The translations under genes were made by a program, and so were the position numbers. Shown here piece by piece: positions 7,964-17,256 of a stretch of DNA of 64,000 nucleotides; position 1 is the first letter of the stretch; each line of letters starts with the position of its first letter. The DNA is taken from NCBI GenBank assembly GCA_963797095.1, contig CAWCNY010000003.1, positions 960,001-1,024,000 on the forward strand. Reading direction: 5' to 3'. The notes beneath the pieces are model-generated. The model saw only the letters and a program-made list of their open reading frames with translations. It did not search any database and had not been told where the DNA came from. Source of the stretch: an uncultured Chloroflexia bacterium (GTDB lineage Bacteria > Chloroflexota > Chloroflexia > QHBQ01 > JADMIH01).

Positions 7964-10309
7964 CTAGGTCTTGCCGCCCAGTTGTGCGGCCATCAGTTCA
8001 CCAATGTGCAGTACAATCACCGGCAATTTCTGGGCGTCGATGCCGCCGCGCAGGTGCATAATGCAGCCGGGATTGTCCGTAACGAGGACGCGCGCCCCCG
8101 TTTTTCTGACGTTGTCCAGCTTGCGGGCGAGGATATGCTCGGCTACCTCAGGGCGAGTGACGGAGGTTGAGCCGCCGAAGCCGCAGCAGACCGAGCTCTC
8201 CTCCATTTCACGAAGCTCAAGCCCCATGACCTCTCGAACCAGGCGGCGAGGCGCATCGTCTATGCCAAGCACGTTGGCCGATTGGCAGAAGTTGTGGTAG
8301 GTAACGGGGGAGAAGGGGGAGTGCTCGCGGGCAAGAGCGCCGGGTTCCAATTGTGCGACGGAGTCCATAAAAGTGGTGAAGTCGATCACGCGCTCGGCCA
8401 ACGACCGGGCGCGTGTCTGCCACGACGGCTCGCCCTCGAATAGGCGCTCGTAGTCGTGCAGCATGGCGATGGCGCAGCTTGTGCCGCCCGTCAGGATGTA
8501 ATCGGCGCGCACCTTCTCCAGTTCTTCTATAGTGTAGCTGGCCATCTTGCGCGCGGGGCCGAGTATGCCTGCGTCGAGGGCAGGCAGGCCGCAGCAGTGC
8601 TGCTTTTCGGGCACTATCATGGTGACGCCACACGCATCCAGCACGCGGGCAATCGAAATCGCCATGCGAGGGAATAGGCGGTCGGTGATGCACTGGATGA
8701 AGTAGGCCACGCGCAGGCCACGCGCGTTACTTTGGAGGGGTTTGCCTGTGTAGGGCCTCACTCTTTTCAGGCGGTCGCGCGCCGGGGAGGAGGGAAGGGC
8801 GGGGGGCGTGCGCCAACTCGTGAGGTTGTGGACCATCGGGATGACGTTCGCGCCCACGCGGCCGGTGCGCGTGAATCCCTTGTCGCGCAGAGGGGTCGAG
8901 GCGACTGCCCCCGCGCGCATGGCGATATCCACCAGCCTGGGGTGCGACCAGAACTCCATGGCGGCGTGCATGGGCGAGGCTACGCCCTCTTGCTCGGCCA
9001 CCATGCTGCGCACTTTGAGGATCTGTTGGGGGAGAGGGATGCCGACGGGGCAGACGGTTGCGCAGGCGTTGCACGACACGCACAGCGATTGGGGGCCTGC
9101 GTCCGCCTCAAGGCTATGATGGAAGGGTGTATTGACAAGCCCGATCGCGCCCGAATAGATGTGGCCGAAGACGTGCCCGCCGACCACGCCGTAGGGCGGG
9201 CAGACATTGGCGCAGGCGGCGCACCGTATGCAGCGCAGGGCATCGCGGATGAGAGGGGTGTCGCGCATCCTCATGCGGCCATTGTCGAGGAGGACGATGT
9301 GCATCTCTTTGCCCTGTTCGGGCGGGCCGGACACGAAATTGGTGTAGGAGGTGATAGACTGGCCCGTGGCCGAGCGGGCCAGCAGGCGCAGTTGGAGCAT
9401 AGCGGCCTCGAAGTTGGGCACCAGTTTCTCGACCCCGGCAAGCACCACATGGACGCGTGGCAGGGTAGTCACGAGGCGGGCGTTGCCCTCGTTTTCAATG
9501 AACATGACGGTGCCGCTTTCGGCGATGAGAGCGTTGGCCCCGCTCACGCCAAGCCCGGCCTCAAGGAAGTCGCGGCGCAACTCGGTGCGGGCTACCCCCA
9601 CCTGCTCGGTGATATTGTCGCGGGACACCTCGCGCCCGAGGGTGCCTGTGAAGAGGTCGCCCACCTGCTCGCGGCTTTTGTGGATGGCGGGCATGACCAT
9701 GTGGGAGGGGCGCTCGTGCGAAAGCTGCTGTATCCACTCGCCCAGGTCGGTCTCGATAGCCTGGATGCCGTGTTCTTCCAGCACGCCATTTAGCTCGATC
9801 TCCTCGGAGACCATGGTCTTGCTTTTGACTACGTGCTTGATGTTGTGCTTGCGGCAGAGGTCCAGCACGTAGCGGTTGGCTTCGTCGGCCCCGGCGGCCC
9901 GGTAGACGGTGATGCCGTGGGCTTCGGCGGCGCGCTGGAAGCGATCTATATAGTCGGGCAGATGGTCGATCACCTCGTTCTTGATGGAGGCCAACCTGTT
10001 GCGCATGGCCTCGAACTCAGGGGTGCCATTGGCAAGGGGGAGGGCACGAGTGTGGAGTTCGGAGTGTGGAGTGCGGAGTAGGAGGGCGTCTTCTGGGATA
10101 AGTGCTGGGCGTTCGGGGTTTTCTTCGTAGGCGGCAAAGGCGCTTTCGCGTGAGACGCGCCAGGAACGCTGGAAGTTGAGGAGATTACGACGTAGCTGGG
10201 GGTTGTCGAGGGCGCGACGGTAGCGCTCTTTGAACTGTACAGGCTCGTGGCCTGTGCCTCCCGCACCCGGCGACCTAGGCTGCACGCCGCTTCTTCGTTG
10301 ATCGGGCAT
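7964..10309 (-). CDS. Lactate utilisation protein, LutB(LldF)-LutA(LldE) fusion (LUD domain + 2x[4Fe-4S] + two CCG domains)
   Basis: KSKTMVSEEI, ETDLGEWI, PSHMVMPAIH, CIRCAACANVCP, CVSCNACATVCP followed by QHCCG, YHNFCQ, VCCGFGG, NPGCIMH. Confidence 0.88.
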   Translation of the reverse strand: MPDQRRSGVQPRSPGAGGTGHEPVQFKERYRRALDNPQLRRNLLNFQRSWRVSRESAFAAYEENPERPALIPEDALLLRTPHSELHTRALPLANGTPEFEAMRNRLASIKNEVIDHLPDYIDRFQRAAEAHGITVYRAAGADEANRYVLDLCRKHNIKHVVKSKTMVSEEIELNGVLEEHGIQAIETDLGEWIQQLSHERPSHMVMPAIHKSREQVGDLFTGTLGREVSRDNITEQVGVARTELRRDFLEAGLGVSGANALIAESGTVMFIENEGNARLVTTLPRVHVVLAGVEKLVPNFEAAMLQLRLLARSATGQSITSYTNFVSGPPEQGKEMHIVLLDNGRMRMRDTPLIRDALRCIRCAACANVCPPYGVVGGHVFGHIYSGAIGLVNTPFHHSLEADAGPQSLCVSCNACATVCPVGIPLPQQILKVRSMVAEQEGVASPMHAAMEFWSHPRLVDIAMRAGAVASTPLRDKGFTRTGRVGANVIPMVHNLTSWRTPPALPSSPARDRLKRVRPYTGKPLQSNARGLRVAYFIQCITDRLFPRMAISIARVLDACGVTMIVPEKQHCCGLPALDAGILGPARKMASYTIEELEKVRADYILTGGTSCAIAMLHDYERLFEGEPSWQTRARSLAERVIDFTTFMDSVAQLEPGALAREHSPFSPVTYHNFCQSANVLGIDDAPRRLVREVMGLELREMEESSVCCGFGGSTSVTRPEVAEHILARKLDNVRKTGARVLVTDNPGCIMHLRGGIDAQKLPVIVLHIGELMAAQLGGKT

Positions 10310-10310
10310 A

Positions 10311-10877
10311 TCAGACGCCTTTCTCGGTGAGTAGGATTATGTGGAGGGCTTTCGGCCCTTGCACGCCGATGGTCAGCACGCGCTCGATGTCGGCGGTGCG
10401 GCTTGGGCCAGTGACCATCGACACGTAGCGGTGGCCCTCTTCGGTCAGGTTGGACAGGATCGCGGCTGCTTCATCGAGACTGGGAACCAGGGAGGACTCG
10501 GGAACGAGCACGACGCAGATATCGGCAAGCATGGTGAGCAGGCGCGGCGCGAGGCCGTTATCGGCCATTATGAGGGAGCCTGTTTCAGCTATGCCAGCGC
10601 GGGCGTGCGCTATACCGACCCCGCCAGCCAGGGCGGCGGCAAGCTCCGATCTACCCGGTTCATCCATATCTTCGACTATTGATACCCGCTTGCCCGATGC
10701 TTCCAGGGCAGCGAGCAAAAGGGGAAACTGCTCTGCTACAGCCCGCGTACAGCGGACGACGCCATCGGTTGTTCCCGCGATGAGCGTGGCGGCATCCGAT
10801 TCATTATTGACGACGGACACCTGCGCGCCTGCCGCGCGGGCGTAGCGCTCGAATGGCTCCAGGAGATCGTCAAGCAT
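10311..10877 (-). CDS. lutC: LUD-domain lactate utilisation protein C
   Basis: GIAETGS and TGPSRTADIE...GVQGP motifs; adjacent to lutB-like gene. Confidence 0.88.
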   Translation of the reverse strand: MLDDLLEPFERYARAAGAQVSVVNNESDAATLIAGTTDGVVRCTRAVAEQFPLLLAALEASGKRVSIVEDMDEPGRSELAAALAGGVGIAHARAGIAETGSLIMADNGLAPRLLTMLADICVVLVPESSLVPSLDEAAAILSNLTEEGHRYVSMVTGPSRTADIERVLTIGVQGPKALHIILLTEKGV

Positions 10878-12372
10878 GATGGCCGATCCTTCCTTGCATC
10901 AATGCGAGCAGCCGAGCGAAAGCGGAGTCCCAGGCTGAATTGGTGTGGGGTTGATAGGTCGTTTGGGCGAAGGAAGCAGCGACGATGCGGCGACCTGCTT
11001 CGATGCCGGGGAGGTGGCCCGTCGCCACTGCCTGAACCAGCACGTTACCCAGCGCGGTGGCCTCTATCGGCCCTGCCACCACAGGCCTGCCACATGCGCC
11101 GGCGGTCCACCGGCAGAGTAGAGCGTTCTGGCTGCCACCGCCAACCACGAGTATTGTATCGAGTGGGTGACCTACAAGATCTTCGAGGTTTGTGAGTACC
11201 CAGCGGTATTTGAGCGCGAGGCTTTCGAGGCAGCAGCGCACTACCTCTCCGGGGGTTGTGGGTGCGGGTTGGTTTGTGAGGGCGCAGTATGCCTGGATGG
11301 CGGATTGCATATCGGGTGGGTTTAGGAAGTCGGGCGCGTCGGGGTTCACGATGCTCGCCAGGGGTGGGGTTTGTTCGGCCAGCCCTATTAATTCGGGCCA
11401 GGTGAAGTTGAGACCCTGGTTTTGCCAGCCGCGCCGGCATTCCTGTAGCAGCCAAAGGCCACCAACGTTTTTGAGGAAGCGGATGGTGTTGGCAACACCG
11501 CCCTCGTTGGTGAAGTTGAGAGCGCAGGCTTGCGCGCTCAGTATGGGCTGCGGCGTTTCGATGCCGACCAGGCTCCAGGTGCCGCTGCTTATGTAGGCGC
11601 TCCGCACGTCAAGGCCGGGGATGGCGGCGACCGCACTGGCTGTGTCGTGGGTGGCGATGGCTATTACAGGGACGTTTCCGCGCAAGCCCAGTTCCTCGCG
11701 GAGTGAGGGCAGCATGTCGCCTAGGATGGTGCCTGGGGCGACGATTGGAGGCAGGATGCCGGTGGGCACGCCTAGCCCGGCCAGTAGACCGGTGGCCCAA
11801 CGCTTCTCGCGCGCGTCGAAGAACTGGGTGGTGGTGGCGTTGGTGTACTCGGCGACAGCGCGGCCTGTGAGCCGGTAGTGGAACAGGTCGGGGATCATCA
11901 GGAGGGTACGAGCCGCAGCGAGGTGGGGGTCATGAGTGTGGGCCATGCTCGCCAGTTGATACAGGGTGTTGATTGGCAGACGCTGGATGCCGGTCTGCGC
12001 GTAGAGTTGTTCCTGGGAGATTACAGCATCAACTAGCTCGGGTATGCCTTCTGTGCGGCTGTCGCGGTAATGGTAGGGATAGCCCAGGAGGTGGCCTTGC
12101 GCGTCGAGCAGGGCGAAATCTACCGCCCAGGAGTCGATGCCGATCCCGGCGAGCGGCTCGTCGTACTGAGTGGCGTACCTGGCGATGCCCGCTTTGATCT
12201 CCCGCCAAAGAGCATCCACATCCCAATGGAGGTGCCCATCTATCTCGACGGGTCCATTAGGGAAGCGGCGTAGCTCCTCCATGTGGAAGCGCCGCCCATC
12301 GAGGCGGCAGGCTATCACGCGTCCGCTGGACGCGCCGAGGTCTATGGCTAAGAAGGTGGCCGAATCGGTCAT
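10870..12372 (-). CDS. rhaB: Rhamnulokinase (FGGY family)
   Basis: IDLGASSGR, DSWAVDF, HYRD, HDTASAV, SSGTWSLVG, TNEGG, EATALGN; rha context. Confidence 0.93.
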   Translation of the reverse strand: MTDSATFLAIDLGASSGRVIACRLDGRRFHMEELRRFPNGPVEIDGHLHWDVDALWREIKAGIARYATQYDEPLAGIGIDSWAVDFALLDAQGHLLGYPYHYRDSRTEGIPELVDAVISQEQLYAQTGIQRLPINTLYQLASMAHTHDPHLAAARTLLMIPDLFHYRLTGRAVAEYTNATTTQFFDAREKRWATGLLAGLGVPTGILPPIVAPGTILGDMLPSLREELGLRGNVPVIAIATHDTASAVAAIPGLDVRSAYISSGTWSLVGIETPQPILSAQACALNFTNEGGVANTIRFLKNVGGLWLLQECRRGWQNQGLNFTWPELIGLAEQTPPLASIVNPDAPDFLNPPDMQSAIQAYCALTNQPAPTTPGEVVRCCLESLALKYRWVLTNLEDLVGHPLDTILVVGGGSQNALLCRWTAGACGRPVVAGPIEATALGNVLVQAVATGHLPGIEAGRRIVAASFAQTTYQPHTNSAWDSAFARLLALMQGRIGHHA

Positions 12373-13193
12373 ATCAGGGTGGTGCGCACGCCGAAGGCTT
12401 TCACTACTTCGTGCAACTCTTCATCCGTGAGGCCCTCGCCCTTGCCGCCGTTAATCAGGTCCATGTATTCGTAGCGGGCGGCGGTTTCCGCGTACTCGAT
12501 GCGGTCGGCGGCGCGGGTGACCGAGATATCGGAGCGGGCCATGACGCCGTGCTTGCTCCATAGGACGACGCTGTGGTGGCGAAGGGCTTCGACGTTAGCC
12601 TGCATCAGAGCGGGCGAGCCGGGAAGCAGGTGGGGCAGCACGCCGACGCCCTGCGGAAGTTGTACGATAGTTTCCGGCTCCCAGCGCATGAGGCGGCGGT
12701 TCATTATAGCAGTATCCCGGTATTCCGAGATGTGGCTGAGATAGACGAGGTTGGGGGGTTGGGCGTGGATAAGGGCGTGGAAGTTGGTGCCTGTGGTCTC
12801 TACCTGATCGCTGTGGATGGCGAGGTGAGAGTTGAATTCGCTGGTGACGCGCTCGAAGAGGCGGCGCGGCGCGGTGTAGAGCTGGCCCGTAAGCCCATCT
12901 TCGCTTATGACGATAGCGCCCAGGTTGGCGGCAGGATCGGTGCGGATGTCGCGCAGGCGGCGGCCCGAGCCTGTGACGATCACCACTTTTCCGGCGAGCG
13001 CAGGGGCGGGTTGAGGCAAGTCGATCGGCTGGCTGAGCGGAAAGCGGCGGCGCACCTCGATGGGCCAACCTATGTAGATAGAGATATTGCCCGCCGCGCC
13101 CTCGCTGGCTTCGATGCCGCTGAGACGCTGGCCCGCCTCGCCAATGGTGGCGATCAATTCATCAAGGTCCGGATAGGGTTCCGGTAGGGACAT
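12369..13193 (-). CDS. rhaD: Class II aldolase, rhamnulose-1-phosphate aldolase-like
   Basis: EGAAGNIS, VTGSG, TSEFNSH, HAQP, WEPET, PGS, WSKHG; rha context. Confidence 0.8.
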   Translation of the reverse strand: MSLPEPYPDLDELIATIGEAGQRLSGIEASEGAAGNISIYIGWPIEVRRRFPLSQPIDLPQPAPALAGKVVIVTGSGRRLRDIRTDPAANLGAIVISEDGLTGQLYTAPRRLFERVTSEFNSHLAIHSDQVETTGTNFHALIHAQPPNLVYLSHISEYRDTAIMNRRLMRWEPETIVQLPQGVGVLPHLLPGSPALMQANVEALRHHSVVLWSKHGVMARSDISVTRAADRIEYAETAARYEYMDLINGGKGEGLTDEELHEVVKAFGVRTTLI

Positions 13194-13209
13194 GAGGTTC
13201 TCCTGGAGG

Positions 13210-13290
13210 GGTAGTCGGTAGTCGGAGGTTCCAAGTTTCTGGTTCCAAGTTTCTGGTTCTTGAATTCTGACTACCGACTACCGGCTATCG
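13210..13290. repeat. Composite heptamer palindromic repeat element (copy 1)
   Basis: (GGTAGTC)2 ... TTCCAAG/TTTCTGG heptamers ... (GACTACC)2; outer arms are reverse complements. Confidence 0.75.
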
Positions 13291-13291
13291 G

Positions 13292-15496
13292 TTACCTAAG
13301 AAACGCTTCGTGCAGACCGCCGTCTACTGAGATTATCTGGCCTGTGGTCTGGCGTAGGCGGTTGGTTAGTAGGAGGAAGATGGCCTCGGCCTGGTCGGCG
13401 GGTGTGATCGGTTGCTTGAGCAGGGTACGATTGGCGTAGAATTGCGAAAGCTTCTCTGTGAGGACTTCGGTCGATTCGACTTCGCTGTAGTCGATGCCGT
13501 ACTTGGCGAGGGAGGCTATCACGCGGTCGCGGGGGAACATGGCGCTGCCCTGTACGACGGTGGCGGGAGCCACGCCATTTACCCTCACCAAGGGGGCTAG
13601 CTCTATCGCCAGCTCCCGGACGAGGTGGTTGGCTGCTGCCTTGCTGGTATCATACGCAAGGCTGCCTTTCTTGGCTACCACGGCGTTTACCGAGGTGGTC
13701 AGCACGAGGTTGGCGGGGAGGCCCTGCGCTTTGAGGACGTTCGATGCCTCGTCGGCCACCAAGTAGAGTCCGGTGATGTTGATATCGAAAGTGCGCGCCC
13801 ACATCTCGTCGGGGATGCGGCCCGACGTGTCGGGCGACACGAAGATACCGGCGGTTACGGCCACCGCGTCGAGGCCACCGTAGGCCAGGGTTGTCTGTTC
13901 AAGCATGGCGCGGAGGCTTTCGCGGCGGGTTATGTCGGCGTGGAGGCCGATGGCGGGGCCGCAGTTGGAGATACCGCTGCCCGCCACGCCGACACCGAGG
14001 CCGTACTTGTCGGTGATGGCTTTGGCGGCTTCGTGCGCGCCTTCGGTATCGCGGTCCACGCACACTATATGCGCGCCTTCCTTCGCCAGCCTGAGGGCCA
14101 CCTCGCGCCCGATGCCGCTGGCCGCGCCGATCACGGCTATCACCTGCCTTGCAAGCTCCTTCTCGGCAGGCATGCGCTGTAGCTTGGCCTCCTCCAAGAG
14201 CCAGTATTCGATGTCGAAGGCTTCCTGTAGGGGGAGGGCCGTGTACTCGTCCACCGCCTCGGCCCCGCGCATCACTTCGACCGCGCAGTTGTAGAACTCG
14301 GCGGTCACCCGCGATTCGCTCTTGTCTTTGCCCCAGGCGATCATGCCCAGGCCGGGGATCAAGATCACGGTAGGGTTGGGGTCGCGCATGGCAGGCGAGT
14401 TTGAGTGCTTGTGCTTGTTGTAGTATCCGGCGTAGTCCTTCCGGTATTGCTCCAATCCCGCCGCCAGTTTGTTCTTGAGAGCGTCCGTGTCCTCGGTCTG
14501 GGGGTTCCACTCGACGTAGAGCGGCTTGATCTTGGTGCGCAGGAAGTGGTCGGGGCAGGAGGTGCCAAGCTCGGCGAGGCGAGGCGCATCGTGGCTGTTC
14601 ACGAAGCGCAGGATGGCGGGGTCCTCCTGCACGGTGCCGATGAAGCGCCTGTACTGGCTCACCTGCCCGCGCAGCCAGGGGAGGACCTCGGCAAATATCC
14701 GGTGGCGCTTCTCCTCGTCCAGCGATGCGTATTTCCGGCCGCCGAAGGTATTTTCGCCGGGGTCGCGCTCTTCGATGTAGCGGCCCGCGCGCTCGATCAG
14801 GTCAAGGGTTAGCTCGTAGCACTCCTTGTCGTCGTTGGCCCAATTGATCAAGCCGTGCCCGCCCAGGATCACGCCCTTGGCGGGGGGGTGGTCGCGCACG
14901 ATCTGCTCAAGCTTGAGGCCCAGGTCGAAGCCGGGACGCTGCCACTCGGTCCAGATAACTTCGTCGCCGTAGATCTCTCGCGTAAGCTTTTGGGAGTTGC
15001 GGGCCGCCGCGATGGCGATCACGGCGTTGGGGTGCATGTGATCGACGTGGCGGTAGGGGATGAAGCCGTGGAGCGGGGTATCTATAGAGGAGGGGCGGGG
15101 ATTGAGGTTGAAGGTGCAGTGGCTGTACAGGCCGACAATGGCGTCCTCGATGGGCGTTTTGGGGCCGCGATGGGGCGCATGGTGGTAGTGGCTCTGGAGG
15201 GCAAGGAGCTTATCCATGTAGAGAGAGGAGAAGTTCTCGCGCCTGGAGGTGCGAAGGTCGCCGCCTGAGCCTTTGACCCACAGCACATCGACCGCTTCGC
15301 CCGTGAGGGGGTCTTTCTCGATGATTTTGGAGGAGGTGTTGCCCCCGCCCGTGTTAGTGATGCGGCCATCCGCCCCCAGCAGGTTCGACCTGTAGACAAG
15401 GCGCTCGACCGGATCGAGCTTGCTCGCATATTCGTCGTCCCAGCCGTAGTTTACGTGCCTGAACGACGATGCTTCTGTTGATGTTGCTGATGACAT
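13292..15496 (-). CDS. rhaEW: Bifunctional rhamnulose-1-phosphate aldolase / short-chain (lactaldehyde) dehydrogenase, RhaEW type
   Basis: N-terminal class II aldolase (GGGNTSSK, KGSGGDL, HVDHMH, SCPDHFLRTK) fused to SDR (GAASGIG, S...YDTSK, RVNGVAP, VDGG). Confidence 0.9.
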   Translation of the reverse strand: MSSATSTEASSFRHVNYGWDDEYASKLDPVERLVYRSNLLGADGRITNTGGGNTSSKIIEKDPLTGEAVDVLWVKGSGGDLRTSRRENFSSLYMDKLLALQSHYHHAPHRGPKTPIEDAIVGLYSHCTFNLNPRPSSIDTPLHGFIPYRHVDHMHPNAVIAIAAARNSQKLTREIYGDEVIWTEWQRPGFDLGLKLEQIVRDHPPAKGVILGGHGLINWANDDKECYELTLDLIERAGRYIEERDPGENTFGGRKYASLDEEKRHRIFAEVLPWLRGQVSQYRRFIGTVQEDPAILRFVNSHDAPRLAELGTSCPDHFLRTKIKPLYVEWNPQTEDTDALKNKLAAGLEQYRKDYAGYYNKHKHSNSPAMRDPNPTVILIPGLGMIAWGKDKSESRVTAEFYNCAVEVMRGAEAVDEYTALPLQEAFDIEYWLLEEAKLQRMPAEKELARQVIAVIGAASGIGREVALRLAKEGAHIVCVDRDTEGAHEAAKAITDKYGLGVGVAGSGISNCGPAIGLHADITRRESLRAMLEQTTLAYGGLDAVAVTAGIFVSPDTSGRIPDEMWARTFDINITGLYLVADEASNVLKAQGLPANLVLTTSVNAVVAKKGSLAYDTSKAAANHLVRELAIELAPLVRVNGVAPATVVQGSAMFPRDRVIASLAKYGIDYSEVESTEVLTEKLSQFYANRTLLKQPITPADQAEAIFLLLTNRLRQTTGQIISVDGGLHEAFLR

Positions 15497-15528
15497 CCCC
15501 TTAGCTCCTTCTCTTGCATTCTCTTGCG

Positions 15529-16809
15529 TTACGCTCGCTTTGATGTGACTTCACTTTCGTACGTCTCTATATCGTTCATAAACGCCATGCCAACGGGCAC
15601 TTCCTCTTGCAGGCAGAAATAGTCCCACACGGCCTGCCAGGGCATACCCTTCATCTCTTCGAGGGCTGCGAGGCGGGCGGTGTAGTTGCCTTCGATTTCA
15701 AACCGGCGCAACCGCTCGGTAGGCTCAAGCAAGGCGACCAGGGCCGCACGCAGCACATTGCGCCCCCCCACCACCCAGGCGGCGATGCGGTTGATACTGG
15801 CGTCGAAGAAGTCGAGACCGATATGCACGCGGTCAAGATGCTTGCCAACGATCACCTCGCGCACGATTGCCTGTGTTTCGTCCGACAGGATGACCACGTG
15901 GTCGCTGTCCCAGCGCACGCCCCGGCTGATGTGGAGCACCACGCCAGGCACGTACATGAGCACCGAGGAGAGTTTGTCGGCCACCGATTCGGTGGGGTGA
16001 AAATGGCCGCTGTCGAGGCACAGCAGGATGCCCTTGCTGACGGCGTATCCGAAGTAGAATTCGTGGGAGCCTACCACGTAGCTCTCCGAGCCAAGCCCGA
16101 ACAGCTTGCTTTCGACCGAGTCGAGGTTGTACTTCGGATCAATTGGCACAGCAAGGCTAGCATCCAACAATTCTTTGAGAAGTTGGCGAGGCTTGGCCCG
16201 ATCTACGGGCGTATCCTTCAAGCCGTCGGGTATCCAGATGTTGGTGACACAGGTTGTGCCGAGTTGTTCGCCAAAATATGCCCCTATATGGCGGCAGGCG
16301 ATGCAGTGCTCGATCCAGAACTGCCGGATGTGGGGGTCGTAGCTTGAGAGGGTGAGGCCGCTATCTGCCAGGGGGTGCGAGAATATGGTGGGGTTGAAAT
16401 CGAGGCCGTGGCCGTTCTTCCTGGCCCAATCCACCCAGCCGGAGAAGTGCTCGGGCTGTAGCTCGTTCCGCTCCACTTTCTTGCCTCCTGTCTCCGCGTA
16501 GGAGGCGTGCAAATTCAGGCGGTGGTTGCCCGGTATAAGGGTGTAGACGCGGTCAAGGTCGCTCCGCAGTTCGTCGGGGGTGCGGGCCTTGCCGGGGTAG
16601 TTGCCTGTGGCGGCAAGCCCGCCTCCGAGGGTGGCGTCGGGCGACTCGAAGCCGCCTACATCGTCGCCTTGCCAGCAGTGTATGCTGAGCGATACCTGCC
16701 TGAGGGCGTTCAGGGCGGCATCCGTATCGACGCCGAGGGCGGCGTAGCGCTCGCGGGCGAGGGAATAGGCGTCCTGTAGCTGTCTGGTTGTGGGGGATGT
16801 GCCGAACAT
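15529..16809 (-). CDS. rhaA: L-rhamnose isomerase
   Basis: [68 protein letters not shown]. Confidence 0.96.
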   Translation of the reverse strand: MFGTSPTTRQLQDAYSLARERYAALGVDTDAALNALRQVSLSIHCWQGDDVGGFESPDATLGGGLAATGNYPGKARTPDELRSDLDRVYTLIPGNHRLNLHASYAETGGKKVERNELQPEHFSGWVDWARKNGHGLDFNPTIFSHPLADSGLTLSSYDPHIRQFWIEHCIACRHIGAYFGEQLGTTCVTNIWIPDGLKDTPVDRAKPRQLLKELLDASLAVPIDPKYNLDSVESKLFGLGSESYVVGSHEFYFGYAVSKGILLCLDSGHFHPTESVADKLSSVLMYVPGVVLHISRGVRWDSDHVVILSDETQAIVREVIVGKHLDRVHIGLDFFDASINRIAAWVVGGRNVLRAALVALLEPTERLRRFEIEGNYTARLAALEEMKGMPWQAVWDYFCLQEEVPVGMAFMNDIETYESEVTSKRA

Positions 16810-16822
16810 CGTGATTCCTTTG

Positions 16823-17146
16823 TCAGTCGAGGTGAAAGATCTCGGTTAGCTCTACGAACATTTCGTCCGGGCGGGCGTTGTTGGGCGACTCGAAGAATGG
16901 GGCCATGAGCTCCTGCCAGCGGGTGTTTACCTCTTGTTCGAGCATGAGGGCCTGCGCCACCTGAAGGCTTTCCGGCGTCTCGAAGTAGCCGAACAACAGC
17001 CCATCGTCACGCATGAAGATGGAGTAGTTGTGCCAACCTGCCTCACGCAGGGCCGCCAGCATCTCAGGCCACACGTGCTCGTGGTGGCGCTTGTATTCCT
17101 CCAGCCGTTCCTGTTTTACTTTGAGGATAAAGGCTATGCGTTTCAT
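16823..17146 (-). CDS. rhaM: L-rhamnose mutarotase
   Basis: MKRIAF...EEYKRHH..VWPEM...HNYSIF...LFGY...WQELM...EIFHLD; start reassigned to ATG at 17146 because the upstream extension is repeat DNA. Confidence 0.92.
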   Translation of the reverse strand: MKRIAFILKVKQERLEEYKRHHEHVWPEMLAALREAGWHNYSIFMRDDGLLFGYFETPESLQVAQALMLEQEVNTRWQELMAPFFESPNNARPDEMFVELTEIFHLD

Positions 17147-17157
17147 GGTGATGTTTT

Positions 17158-17256
17158 GGTAGTCGGTAGTCGGTAGTCGGTAGTCGGAGGTTCCAAGTTC
17201 CTGGTTCCAAGTTCTTGAATTCTGACTACTGACCACCGACTACCGACTACTGATAG
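17158..17256. repeat. Composite heptamer palindromic repeat element (copy 2)
   Basis: (GGTAGTC)4 GGAGG TTCCAAG TTCCTGG TTCCAAG TTCTTGAATTCT then GACTACT/GACCACC/GACTACC units; near-identical core to 13210-13290. Confidence 0.75.

Noticed and set aside
17147-17236. N-terminal extension of RhaM in the ORF track (…DYRLPTTDY…)
   Set aside because: It is the translation of the intergenic heptamer repeat; the family-like sequence starts at MKRIAF
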